DNA from: an uncultured virus (IMG/VR IMGVR_UViG_3300020442_002637)
Lineage: Duplodnaviria; Heunggongvirae; Uroviricota; Caudoviricetes
IMG/VR virus record: IMGVR_UViG_3300020442_002637
Strand: one strand, 5' to 3'
DNA length: 64,000 nucleotides
The translations under genes and the position numbers were made by a program. The notes beneath the pieces are model-generated. The model saw only the letters and a program-made list of their open reading frames with translations, was not told the DNA's origin and did not search any database. This document shows positions 9,026-21,000 of the stretch, in pieces. Position 1 is the first letter of the stretch; each line of letters opens with the position of its first letter.

Positions 9026-10590
9026 GCACACCTCCAAATCAACTTACTAGAGGAGTTAAGCCTGATTGGATGAAAGGTTCTGGACCTTACATAGGTCGTG
9101 TGGTTAATCATCTTGATCCAGAATACATGGGTTCAATAGAAGTTGAAATATTAAAAATTACAGAATCAGGAAATGCTGAAGAAAGCAGTGGATTTTTAGT
9201 TCCTTGCAAATACCTATCGCCTTTTTACGGAGTAACACCAAGAGCAGGTGTAACAGAAAATGATGGGTACGACTACACACAAAAAAGTTATGGTATGTGG
9301 GCAATTCCGCCTGATGTTGGTGTAAAAGTAATGGTAATTTTTGTAGAAGGTAATTATGGTTATGGTTACTGGATGGGGTGTATTCAAGATAATTTTATGA
9401 ATTTCATGGTACCAGGAAATGCATCTACAACATATAACGACCTTGATAAATCAAAAGCATTACCAGTTGGAGAATTTAACAAAGTAAAAGAAACAGGCGC
9501 AGGAAGAGATCCTACACAATATATTAAACCACATGCAAAAGATCAATATGATCAATTAACTGCACAAGGATTAACAGTTGACACAATAAGAGGCATAACA
9601 AGTTCTAGTGCAAGGCGTGAAACACCTAGTATGGTTTTTGGTTGGAGCACGCCAGGACCATATGATAGAAGACCAGGCAAACCAAAAGCAAAATACGGAG
9701 AAAAACTTGCTCAATCAGATATTCCGTTTAGTAGACTAGGTGGTTCTAGTATTGTTATGGATGACGGAGATGCTTCCTTAGTCAGAAAAACAAAAGCATC
9801 GGCTGGCGGTAGTGAATACGCAAACGTAGAACAAGGAGAAAAAGGTGATGTTACTGTGCCTGCAAATGAGTTGTTAAGACTGCGTACAAGAACAGGACAC
9901 CAAATACTTTTACATAATTCTGAAGATTTAATTTACATAGCCCATGGTAGCGGAAACAGTTGGATTGAAATGACAGCTAACGGTAAAATTGATATCTATG
10001 CGGCAGACAGCGTAAGTATACATTCTAATAATGATTTTAATTTCAAGGCAGATAGAGATATTAATATTGAAGCTGGCAATGATATAAATGTATCAGCCGG
10101 TGCAAAAATTAATCAAACATCAACAGCAGATTTAAATATAAAATCAGGTGCTGGATTAAACACTGAATCATCTGGTGCATACAACATAAAATCTGGCGCG
10201 GCAATGAATATAGAAAGTTCCAGTGCTTTTAATATAAAATCAGGTGCAGTATTAGCACTAGGTTCAGCCGCTAATTTTGAAGTTACTGCTGGTGCAGATG
10301 GAGTAATTACTGCTAGTGGTTCTAATAACTTAGCATCATCAGCACACAAAATTACTGCTGGTGCAATCAGCTTTAACGGAGCACCTGCTTCTACAGCAGG
10401 AAGCCCAGGCGGCGCAGGTTCAGCTGAAGAAGCTAAAAAACCAACAAGGTTGCCGGAACACGAACCTTGGGGTGGACATGAAAGTGGTGATCCTACTCAG
10501 CATACTCCTGATAAAACAATAAGTGGAGGTACTGCACCAACAAGTACTGGCGCAACTCCAATTAGAGATACATTTAGGAAAAATCAATAA
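9022..10590 (+). CDS. Baseplate central spike, gp5/VgrG-like (OB fold + beta-helix, no lysozyme domain seen)
   Basis: GRVVNHLDPEYMGSIEV, PPDVGVKVMVIFVEG, RTRTGHQILLH, beta-helix repeats, ISFNG. Confidence 0.85.
   Translation: MSTPPNQLTRGVKPDWMKGSGPYIGRVVNHLDPEYMGSIEVEILKITESGNAEESSGFLVPCKYLSPFYGVTPRAGVTENDGYDYTQKSYGMWAIPPDVGVKVMVIFVEGNYGYGYWMGCIQDNFMNFMVPGNASTTYNDLDKSKALPVGEFNKVKETGAGRDPTQYIKPHAKDQYDQLTAQGLTVDTIRGITSSSARRETPSMVFGWSTPGPYDRRPGKPKAKYGEKLAQSDIPFSRLGGSSIVMDDGDASLVRKTKASAGGSEYANVEQGEKGDVTVPANELLRLRTRTGHQILLHNSEDLIYIAHGSGNSWIEMTANGKIDIYAADSVSIHSNNDFNFKADRDINIEAGNDINVSAGAKINQTSTADLNIKSGAGLNTESSGAYNIKSGAAMNIESSSAFNIKSGAVLALGSAANFEVTAGADGVITASGSNNLASSAHKITAGAISFNGAPASTAGSPGGAGSAEEAKKPTRLPEHEPWGGHESGDPTQHTPDKTISGGTAPTSTGATPIRDTFRKNQ
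10135..10278 (+). repeat. 48-bp (16-aa) beta-helix repeats NIKSGA
   Basis: AAyATAAAATCwGGyGC at 10135, 10183 and 10231. Confidence 0.85.
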
Positions 10591-10919
10591 TGGGTGGTAT
10601 TTGTTTAGAAGATGACTTTGTTGTAGACAGTGAACAAAAAATAGTTGGTATATTAAAAGCTGATCCGACTAGGCCTAAAACTGTAACAATAGGAGTAAAA
10701 GATATCATAATAGAAGGAGATCACGTTGTAGATCCAGATGGAGATAGGATTCCAAGGCCTGATGATCCTAGGGTAAGAAGTATAAGTGATAATCAAGTTT
10801 TTATAGGAACTAAAAAAATGATCATAGATGGAGATCAAGTTACATTGGAAAGAGGCACTCCTCCATCAGATTATATTGCTTTTGCTAAAGCATCAAATAG
10901 TGCAGTAACAATAGGTTAA
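10590..10919 (+). CDS. Divergent PAAR-like spike tip protein (gp5.4 position)
   Basis: Sits between gp5 and gp25; three-fold pattern ICLEDD / VTIGVKDIIIEGD / VFIGTKKMIIDGD; ends SAVTIG. Confidence 0.6.
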   Translation: MGGICLEDDFVVDSEQKIVGILKADPTRPKTVTIGVKDIIIEGDHVVDPDGDRIPRPDDPRVRSISDNQVFIGTKKMIIDGDQVTLERGTPPSDYIAFAKASNSAVTIG

Positions 10920-10922
10920 ATA
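10915..10922 (+). promoter_or_regulatory. Late promoter motif GTTAAATA, 4 nt before the gp25-like ATG
   Basis: GTTAAATA-CAGT-ATG; no RBS visible. Confidence 0.55.
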
Positions 10923-10926
10923 CAGT

Positions 10927-11379
10927 ATGAGCACAATTGAAAAGAAACTATTTAAAGAAATAACTGTAGCTGGAAATCAGCGTACAGAAGAATATGGACC
11001 TGGTACAAAAGCATATAGGGGAATAAGCACAGTAAACCCTAATAGTACTAATCCTGTTCTTTACGATCTAGCTCTAATTAAACAGGATATTATCAATCAT
11101 TTCCATATTAGACAAGGCGAAAAATTATCTGATCCGTCTTTTGGAACAATTATTTGGGACGTTTTGTTTGAACCATTGACAGAACAGATTAAAGATTTGA
11201 TTATACAAAATATAACAAGAGTTATTAGTAGTGATCCAAGGGTAACAGTGAATAATGTTACAGTTGATCAATATGAAAGTGGTTTACAGGTAGAATGTTC
11301 TTTAATATATCGTCCATACAATATTTCAGAAACTATGCGTCTACAGTTTGACGAAAATGCTGGGTTTATTGCCTCCTAA
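10927..11379 (+). CDS. Baseplate wedge subunit, gp25-like
   Basis: IRQGEKLSDPSFGTIIWDVLFEP...DPRV. Confidence 0.92.
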   Translation: MSTIEKKLFKEITVAGNQRTEEYGPGTKAYRGISTVNPNSTNPVLYDLALIKQDIINHFHIRQGEKLSDPSFGTIIWDVLFEPLTEQIKDLIIQNITRVISSDPRVTVNNVTVDQYESGLQVECSLIYRPYNISETMRLQFDENAGFIAS

Positions 11380-11403
11380 TTATATACACAGTTAACTACC
11401 TAC

Positions 11404-11411
11404 GATAAATA
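11404..11411 (+). promoter_or_regulatory. Late promoter motif GATAAATA
   Basis: Intergenic, upstream of the gp6-like ATG at 11428. Confidence 0.7.
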
Positions 11412-11427
11412 TTAAAAAGGAAATAGT

Positions 11428-14400
11428 ATGTCGAGCACAGATAGACAAAATAGATTATTAGTAGCAGAAGATTGGAAACGTATATATCAATCTTATCGTA
11501 ACGCAGACTTTAGAAGTTACGATTTTGATAATTTACGCAGAACAATGATCAACTATCTGCGTGAAAATTATCCCGAAGATTTTAATGATTATATAGAAAG
11601 TTCAGAATATCTTGCACTTATTGATTTAATTGCTTTCCTTGGACAAAATTTAGCATTTAGAATGGATTTAAATGCTAGAGAAAATTACTTAGAATTAGCA
11701 GAACGTAGAGAAAGCGTACTACGACTTGCAAGACTACTAAATTATAATCCTAAAAGAAATATAGGTGCAAATGGTATTTTAAAAGTTGCAAGTATTTCAA
11801 CAACAGAATCATTTTTGGATTCAAATAATATTAATTTAGCTGATCAAACAATTATATGGAACGACCCAGCTAACCCTAATTGGTACGAACAGTTTATAAA
11901 AGTTATAAACAGAGGATTGCCAGTAAACGCTACTTTTGGAAAACCAATTAAAAAAGCAACCATAGATGGAATAGCATCAGAACAATATAGAATTAATAGT
12001 ACAAATTCAGATCTTCCAAGATTTAGTTTTCTTAAAACAGTAGACGGACAATCTGTACGTTTTGAAATTGTATCAACTGATATAGATACAACTATTAAAG
12101 AAGAACCACCGTTACCTGGAAACAACTTTGCATTAGTTTACAGAGATGACGGTAAAGGATCAGGAAGTTCTAATACAGGATTTTTCTGCCATTTTAGACA
12201 AGGAACTTTAGATGAAGGTTCTTTTACAATATCTAATCCTAGTACAAATCAAACGGTAGCAATAGACGCAACTAATATTAACAATTCAGATGTTTGGTTA
12301 TACAAGTTGAATGCACAAGGTGTTGAAGATGAAATTTGGACCAAAGTAGATGCTGTAGAAGGTAACAACATAATTTACAACAGTCTTAATAAAAATATAA
12401 GAAATATTTATAGTGTGTTGACTAGAGTAGAAGATAGAATTACATTAATATTTTCAGACGGAGTGTTTGGAAACTTACCACAGGGTGATTTTAAAATTTA
12501 TTATAGAACAAGTAAAAATCAAAATTTAGTTGTTACACCTGCAGACATGCGGGGTATAAGCATAGATATACCTTATCTTAGTAGAATAGGAAAAGTTGAA
12601 ACACTTACTATGACTTTTGAATTACGTTACACTGTAGATAATGCTTCCACATCAGAAACAAATTTAAATATTAAAGAGAGAGCACCTAGCACTTATTATA
12701 CACAAAATAGGTTAGTTACAGCAGAAGATTATCAACTTGGGCCTCTCAGCGTTAGCCAAGAAATTATAAAAACAAAAAGTGTCAATAGAACATCAAGTGG
12801 TATTAGTCGATATTTTGATCTAGTTGATGCTACAGGAAAATACAGTAAAACAAATCTGTTTGCAACTGATGGTGTAATATATAAAGAAAAGTTATTAGAA
12901 AAAGACAAATTTACATTTGCAACTCAAACTGATATTGAAGGAATAATATTAAACAAAATTGAACCTATCTTAAGCGGAAAAAAGGTACGGAATTACTACT
13001 TCAGTGAGTTTCCAAAAATAGAAGTAAATGATTTGAATTTAACCTGGTATCAAAATACAACTGATACTAATTTGACAACTGGATATTTTGAAAATGTTAA
13101 TAATATTAAACAAACGCTTGGAACATTCACAACAAGTATTTTGAAGCTAATCAAAGCAGGTTGTAGCGTTAAGTTTCAAGCACCTGCGGGTCAGCATTTT
13201 ACTCCTACAGGAACACTCAAAACCGGAGATGCAAACTATTTAGGTGCTGTTACATACAAGTGGGTTAAAATTGTAACTGTAAGTGGCAATGGTACAGAAT
13301 TAAATGCAGATAATTCTGGACCGGTTTTGGTTAATGATGTAATACCAACTGGAGCTCAACTAGTAGAAATAAAACCAGCAATAGCAACTACAATTGAATC
13401 AGATGTAAAAACACAGATAGTCGATCAGGTATTTGCAAATAGAACATTTGGATTAAGATTTGATAGAGATTTAGGACAATGGCGTTTGGTTACAGAATCT
13501 AATTTAGATGTTACAAGTGATTTTAGTATCGGTAAAACTGGAGATATTACAAATCAAAAAATTGATGCTAGTTGGCTTTTAAAATTTACCACAGATGGCG
13601 AAGCGTACAATATTGAATATAGAGGTTCAAGATACATTTTTGAAAGTGATAAAGAAATAAGATTTTACTATGACAGTAGTGACAAGATTTACAATAGTTT
13701 AACAGGTAAGATTATAAAAGATAGAATTACTGTTTTAAATATTAATACTAGACCCGATTCTATACAAAATTTTACTATCGATCAAAATTGGGAAATTACA
13801 GAAGAATATAGAGATGGCGAAGGATATATCAATAGCAAAAAAGTACAGGTTACATTTTTTGATGAAGACGACGACGGTGTAGTTGATGATCCACAAATTT
13901 TTGAAGAAATAGTTGCTCCGTCTGTAAATGAATCTACAAAATATGTTTTCCAAAAGAAATATGTAACAACTGACAGTGTTGAAGATTTTAATTATATTTC
14001 AAATGAAGAAGCAAATATAATTGTATTAGCAAATAAATCTGCTTTAGGTACATTAACAGTGTATAATGATGGGCAAATCTTTTATTTTATTACAGAAAAT
14101 ATATTTGAAGTCTATAATAAAACTACAGGTACTACTTCCCTTACTACAGATTATAAAGCATTTGTTGGTAGAGATAAAATTAAATTTCATTATGTACATG
14201 CGGCAGATGACACAACAAGAATTGATCCAAGTTCTAGTAACATAATAGATACTTACGTACTCACACGTTCATACGATAATACATTTAGGCAGTATTTAGA
14301 TGGAACATTAGCAACAAAACCTTTGCCACCGTCATCAGATGCATTATTCACAAGTTATGGTGGTGATATAAACAAGATAAAATCATTAAGTGATGAAATA

Positions 14401-15009
14401 GTATATCATCCTGTTAAGTACAGAGTGTTATTTGGAACAAGGGCAGAAACTAATTTGCAGGCAAAATTTAAAGTTGTTAAAAATCCTGATATAGTTTTGA
14501 ATGATAATGACATCAAGTCAAGAGTTATAAGTTTGATTAATCAATACTTTGCATTAGATAACTGGGATTTTGGGGAGAAATTTTATTTTTCCGAATTAAG
14601 CACTTATGTTATGAAACAAATGGCTCCTGATGTTGTAACCTTTGTAATTGTACCAGAACAAGTGAATCAGTCATTTGGAAGTTTATATGAAATCAAGTCA
14701 GAACTTGATGAAATTTTTATTAGTGGTGCAACTGTTAATGACATAGAAATAATTGACGCAGTTACAGCAAGTAAACTTAATTCTTCCGGCGACGTGATAA
14801 CAAATACTTCAAACACAAATGTAGGTATAACAAGTGCTAATAATGTTACTACTACTAGCACACCTACAAGCACAAGCTCTACAACTACAAGCACAAGCAC
14901 AAGCACTTCAAGTTCTGGTAGCTCAGGTAGCAGTGGATCAGGTAGCAGTGGATCAGGTAGTAGTGGATCAGGTGGTAGTGGATCCGGCGGCGGAGGTTAT
15001 GGTTACTAA
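11428..15009 (+). CDS. Baseplate wedge subunit, gp6-like (extended, 1193 aa)
   Basis: SYDFDNLRRTMINYL, FNDYIESS, ENYLELAERRESVLRLARLLNYNP, FSDGVFGNLP, TQNRLVTAEDY. Confidence 0.9.
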   Translation: MSSTDRQNRLLVAEDWKRIYQSYRNADFRSYDFDNLRRTMINYLRENYPEDFNDYIESSEYLALIDLIAFLGQNLAFRMDLNARENYLELAERRESVLRLARLLNYNPKRNIGANGILKVASISTTESFLDSNNINLADQTIIWNDPANPNWYEQFIKVINRGLPVNATFGKPIKKATIDGIASEQYRINSTNSDLPRFSFLKTVDGQSVRFEIVSTDIDTTIKEEPPLPGNNFALVYRDDGKGSGSSNTGFFCHFRQGTLDEGSFTISNPSTNQTVAIDATNINNSDVWLYKLNAQGVEDEIWTKVDAVEGNNIIYNSLNKNIRNIYSVLTRVEDRITLIFSDGVFGNLPQGDFKIYYRTSKNQNLVVTPADMRGISIDIPYLSRIGKVETLTMTFELRYTVDNASTSETNLNIKERAPSTYYTQNRLVTAEDYQLGPLSVSQEIIKTKSVNRTSSGISRYFDLVDATGKYSKTNLFATDGVIYKEKLLEKDKFTFATQTDIEGIILNKIEPILSGKKVRNYYFSEFPKIEVNDLNLTWYQNTTDTNLTTGYFENVNNIKQTLGTFTTSILKLIKAGCSVKFQAPAGQHFTPTGTLKTGDANYLGAVTYKWVKIVTVSGNGTELNADNSGPVLVNDVIPTGAQLVEIKPAIATTIESDVKTQIVDQVFANRTFGLRFDRDLGQWRLVTESNLDVTSDFSIGKTGDITNQKIDASWLLKFTTDGEAYNIEYRGSRYIFESDKEIRFYYDSSDKIYNSLTGKIIKDRITVLNINTRPDSIQNFTIDQNWEITEEYRDGEGYINSKKVQVTFFDEDDDGVVDDPQIFEEIVAPSVNESTKYVFQKKYVTTDSVEDFNYISNEEANIIVLANKSALGTLTVYNDGQIFYFITENIFEVYNKTTGTTSLTTDYKAFVGRDKIKFHYVHAADDTTRIDPSSSNIIDTYVLTRSYDNTFRQYLDGTLATKPLPPSSDALFTSYGGDINKIKSLSDEIVYHPVKYRVLFGTRAETNLQAKFKVVKNPDIVLNDNDIKSRVISLINQYFALDNWDFGEKFYFSELSTYVMKQMAPDVVTFVIVPEQVNQSFGSLYEIKSELDEIFISGATVNDIEIIDAVTASKLNSSGDVITNTSNTNVGITSANNVTTTSTPTSTSSTTTSTSTSTSSSGSSGSSGSGSSGSGSSGSGGSGSGGGGYGY
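14926..14985 (+). repeat. Four 15-bp tandem units encoding GSSGS, preceded by ACAAGC (TS) repeats
   Basis: GGTAGCAGTGGATCA x2, GGTAGTAGTGGATCA, GGTGGTAGTGGATCC. Confidence 0.9.
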
Positions 15010-18000
15010 TGGCTTTTGAAAATAATCAAAAAGAACCAGCTTTACCAGGCGGTGATAAGAACTATAAAAGACGTTCAGCAAATCACTTACCTAAATATTT
15101 TAGAACAGAATTTAACAATAAATTCTTAAATGCAACTCTTGACCAAATGCTTCAGCCGGGCGTTGCTGAAAAAATTAACGCCTATTACGGAAGAAAAGTC
15201 AGCAAAGCATTTAATCAGAGTGATAATTATGTAGGCGATTTTACAACAGAGCGAGAAAACTATCAATTAGAGCCTGTCAGTGTAATCAAAGATAATTTAG
15301 GCAACGTAAATTTTTATGCTGATTACAATGATTTTATAAACAAAACTAAAATAGTTGGTGGTTCTACTGAAGACCATAGTGTATTAAATTCACAAGAAAC
15401 ATACGCATGGAACCCACATATTGATTGGGATAAATTTGTAAACTTTAGAGAATATTATTGGCTACCAACCGGACCTACTACAACAACAGTCATAGGACAA
15501 ACTAAAGAAGTACAAAGTGAATATACAGTAAGACTTTCTGATAATGTTGATAATGTAACATATTTGTTTACGCCTGATGGATTAACAAATAATCCTACAA
15601 TAACTTTGTATAGAGGGCAAACTTATAGATTTGACATTGATACACCTAGTTATGCATTTGCTTTTGCAACACAAAGAAGTTTTACTCCTGGACAAGAAGT
15701 AGGAGACTCATTATCAAATGTAAGTTTAATTTACGATACTGGTGTAAAAAAATATGATGAAGATGGTGCCGAAACAGATGATGTATATCTTGACAAAGGC
15801 ACAATTGAATTTACTGTGCCGGATACTGCTCCGGATCAACTTTATTATATTTCTAAAACAGATCCTAATGTATCTGGTTTTATCAAAGTTTTTGATATAG
15901 AAGAAAATACTGAAATAAATGTAGAAGCAGAAATATTAGGTAAGAAAAATTATACCACAAGTGCAGGCTGGGCTTTAAGCAATGGTATGAAATTAAATTT
16001 TGCTGGACAAGTTACTCCTACAAAATATGCAACTGGAGAATGGTACGTAGAAGGTGTAGGAGAAGAAATACAGCTTGTCAGTCAAGAAGATTTGAATGTT
16101 AGTGGATTGTTTACAGAAGATATCGAAGTAGAATTTGATAAGCAAGAGTTTGATTATTATCCTTTTAGTGAAGCACTAGGATTTCCCCAAAATAAAGATT
16201 ATATTGTTATTAACAGAGGTAGCCAAGACGGAAATCTCTGGAGTAGATACAATAGGTGGTTTCATAAAAGCGTAATAGAAAAATCAGCTGAATTAAACGG
16301 TCAAAGTATTGCAATAGATCAAAATTCTAGAGCTAGTAGGCCTATTATTGAATTTGAAAAAGGATTAAAATTATTTCAATTTGGAACAAAGACAAAAACA
16401 AATATTGATTTAATTGATACTTTTACAATAGATGCATTTTCTACTATTGAAGGATCTTTAGGTTATAATATTGATGGTGTAAATTTAACCAACGGTATGA
16501 GAGTTTTATTTACTGCTGATACAGACTTGTTAGTCAAAGGAAAAATTTATACAGTTAAATTTATAACAGTTAATAACAGAACTCAAATTTCACTTGTAGA
16601 AACTACTGATTCAACACCTCAATTAAATGAAACAGTTTTAGTTACAGCGGGTAATGCCAATAGAGGAAAATATTTCTACTATGATGGTACAACTTGGAAA
16701 CAAGCACAAAATAAAAATAGTGTCAATCAACAGCCGTTATTTGACATGTATGATGACAATGATGTAAACTATTTGGATTCAACCACTTATGAATCTTCGC
16801 AGTTTATAGGAAACAAAGTTTTTTCATATAATAGAAGCAATGGAGTCAATGATACTGAATTAGGATTTCCGCTAGAGTACAGAAGTATAGAAAACAGCGG
16901 AGACATATTATTTACTTTTGACCTGCTACAAGGATCTTTTGTTTATACAAAAGACAATACATTAGTATCTGAAGGAACTGATAAAGGTTTTTTAAGAAAA
17001 TACAAAGATAGAACTAATTATACACTAACTAATGGTTGGCAAAAAGCAGACAAAGACAGTACACAAAATGTAATACGTCAATATGTACATGACGGGTCAG
17101 CACGGTATGAGATAGACATGTATGATGACAAATCATTTATAGATACAGCATGGCTTCGTGTGTATGTTAACAATAAAATTAAAAAAATTACAACTGATTT
17201 TGTTATTGAAAAAGATGTTAATAATCACAGTTACATAAAATTTAACAATGATCTAACAGATGGAGATATAATTGTTATTAAATGTAGATCAAGATTTCCA
17301 AAAAATAAAAACGGATATTATGAGATTGCAAGTAATTTAGAAAGAAATCCAATTAATTCAAATGTTAATCAATTTACTTTAGGTGAAGTAAATGATCATG
17401 TTGCGTCAATCGTAGAAGAAGCAAATGAATTTGTTGGACAATTTCCTGGCACAAGTAATATGCGTGACATTGGAAACTTAACAAGATTAGGAAAGAAATA
17501 TTTAAAACATTCAGCACCACTTAATTTTCCTTTATTCCATTTTTTAGATGAATCTTCAAATGTTATTAAAGCATTAGAATTTGCAAGGAAAGAATACGGT
17601 AAATTTAAAAGGTTGTTTGTAGAAGTAGCAACAAATTTAGGATACGAAGGTGATGTAAAAATACATTTTGATAAAATTATGCAGGAGATTAATAAAGATA
17701 AAATTAGTCACATGCCATTTTATTTTAGTGATATGGTTGCTACAGGTGGAAATGTTGTAAATACCTTTGAAATTGAAGATACTGATGAAAAGTTTTTTCC
17801 TTTATCTGCAATATACGATATTAATACGCCTAGCAATAAGTCAGTACAAATTTATCTTAACGGATTACAATTAATTTACGGAAAAGATTATACATTTAAT
17901 ACTGAAGGATTTGCTGTTATAACAGCTACAAAACAAATAGGCGACAAAATATTAATTTACGAATATGATAATACAAATGGTAGTTACGTACCTCCAACAC

Positions 18001-21000
18001 CTACTAAGTTGGGTTTATATCCTAAGTTTGAACCTGACTTTTATATTGATGATACTGTAAAAACAGCAAAGGCGCCTGATATTCCTACAGGTCCTTATAA
18101 AGTATACGGCGTAGCAGGACCTGATCAAATGGGTAGCGGAAAGTTAGGTTGGTTCTATCCTCTTTATACAACAATTACTGAAGCTCAAACAAGAGATACT
18201 GAATTGGGCGGATCCGGCCAAGCTCATGCACACACTTTTAAAGGATTGAATAGAACATTCTTTATGCCCAACAGCGTTGCAAATCATGGTGTACAAGATG
18301 ATGAAACAATAGAGGAATGGACCGAAGGTGTGCCAGTTATTCAAGGACATGACGGAAGTAAAATTACTGCGTACAAAGATTATAGAGATAATTTAATATT
18401 AGAATTAGAAAAAAGAATATACAATAATCTTAAAGTAAGTTATGATGTGAGTCTATTTGATATTAATGATTTCGCTCCTGGCTTAGATAGAAAGACAGGA
18501 TTATCAAAAACACAAATCGATAATGCAATGATAGCTGACTTTTTAGCTTGGCTTAGATTAGTTAATGAAGAATATACTAAACAGGCATACTATGATAGAG
18601 AAAACAGTTTTACTTTTAACTACGGACAAACAACTTATTTAAATACTGAATTATTACCGGGTTGGTGGCGTCAAGCATTTATGTATGCATATGATACAGA
18701 TCGTCCTCACACTCATCCTTGGGAAATGTTAGGAATAAGTGTTAAACCTACTTGGTGGGAAACACAATATGGACCAGGTCCTTATACTAGGAATAACTTA
18801 CCATTGTGGCAGGATTTATCAGCAGGTATAGTAAGACAACCAAACTTTAAGGTTGATAAAAAATATGTTAGACCTAATTTACTTAACACAATACCAGTAG
18901 ACGAAAATGGTAATCTATTAAGTCCTAACGATTGCGGCCTATCTCAAAATTTCAATATTGGCACTACTAGAAATAGTTTTAAATTTGGTGACGGTGCTCC
19001 AGTAGAAACAGCTTGGAGAAGAAGCAGTGAATATCCGTTTTCATTGTTAAGAGCTTTAACAGCTAATAAACCTTGTAAGACTTTTGCAACAGCATTTGAT
19101 AGAATTAGGCAGAAACGCAATAGTGCAAACCAAATTATATACAGTACCTCCGGAAAACAGATAGAACTTTCTCAACTTGTATTTCCTACAGTATTGTCAG
19201 ACACTGCTCAAACTTTTACAAGTGGACTTATAAATTACATATTTGATTACCAAACGTCAATTAACAATGAACAGATTGCAATTTATAAAGATCGTGTAAA
19301 AAACATTACAAATCAAATAGGTTTTAAAATTGGTGGTTTTACAGATAAAAATAAATTTAAATTGTTGTTAGATAGTAGAACTCCTTTAAATGAAGGTAAT
19401 GTATTTGTTCCAGAAGAAAATTATAAAATATTTTTAAATTCTAGTTTCCCGCAACAAGAAGTTTCTTATAGCGGAGTAATTGTAGAAAAAAGACCTGAAG
19501 GATATTATATAAAAGGATATGACAACCAAAATCCTAAATTTAATTATTATCCCACATCTGAAAGATCTAATGATCCTTTAATTAATGTAGGTGGAGTAAG
19601 TGAAGCTTACGTTGATTGGAGTAGCGGAAAAGTTTACGTTGTAGGCACTATTGTTAAAAATAGTAATAGCTTTTATAGAGCTACAAAAACACATACTAGC
19701 GGAGCATCTTTCGAAGAAGAAAACTTTTCAAAATTACCTTCATTACCGTTAATAGGCGGTAGAGATGCGTTTGTAAGACAGAATTTTGAAAATAGATTAA
19801 CACAGCTTAACTACGGAAGTCTTTTACCTACAATCCAAGATGTTGTTGACTTTTTACTAGGTTATGAAAAATATCTTAATGAAGTAGGTTTTACATTTAG
19901 TGAATTTAGAACAGACAGTTATGAAGTATCAAACTGGTTAACTTCAGCAAAAGAGTTCATGTTCTGGACCACACAAAATTGGGGGTCTGGTTCTATTATT
20001 ACTTTAAGTCCAGCGGCAGATAAAATTAATTTTACAAGCAATTATTCTACTGTAGATAATGTCTACAATACTTTTTATGGCTACAGCATTTTAAAAGCAG
20101 ACGGAAAAAAACTAGATAAAGAAAACTTAAAATTTGCAAAAGATTCAGATAATAATTTTAGTTGTAGAACAATTAATACTGCTGATGGCATATATGCAAT
20201 AAAATTACCGTTAGTATCTAAAGAACATGTAGTATTAATTGATAATGTAACAGTATTTGGAGATGTAATTTATGACATTGCTCCTGGATACAGACAAGAA
20301 CGTATCAAAGTGTTAGGATATAGAACCGATGAATGGAATGGTAGCTTAAACATACCTGGATTTATATATGACGATGCACAAGTAACAGAATGGACAACTT
20401 GGACTGACTATGCAATAGGAAGTATCGTAAAATACAAAGAATTTTATTATTCAGCAAAAAACAAAATTGCAGGCACAGCAACGTTTAATGATGATCAATG
20501 GGTAAGATTACAAGATAAACCTCAAGCAGGTTTATTTGCAAACTTTGATTATAAAATAAACCAGTTTGCAGATTTTTATGATTTAGATAGTGATAACTTT
20601 GATACTGAACAGCAAAAACTAGCTCAACATTTGATAGGTTATCAAAAAAGAAAATATCTAGAAAATATTATTAATGATGATGTAAGCCAATATAAATTTT
20701 ACCAAGGATTTATACAGGACAAAGGCTCAAAAAATGCTTTAACAAAATTATTTGATGCATTAGCAAGTGCAAATCAAGATAGTTTAGAATTTTATGAAGA
20801 GTGGGCAATTAAAGATGGACAGTACGGTGCCAGCACAGGGTTTGACGAAGTTGAATATAAATTAGACGAAAAACAATTTAAGCTCACTCCACAGCCTATT
20901 TTATTAACAAACCAAATTTCAGGTACAGAAACAGATTTAATTTATAGAATACCGGAATACGAGACTTATCTAAAACCGCAAGGATATAATCATAGGCCAT

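Noticed and set aside
14834..15019. Alternative-frame ORF with QVAVD/QAQA repeats
   Set aside because: By-product of the tandem repeats in the gp6-like tail
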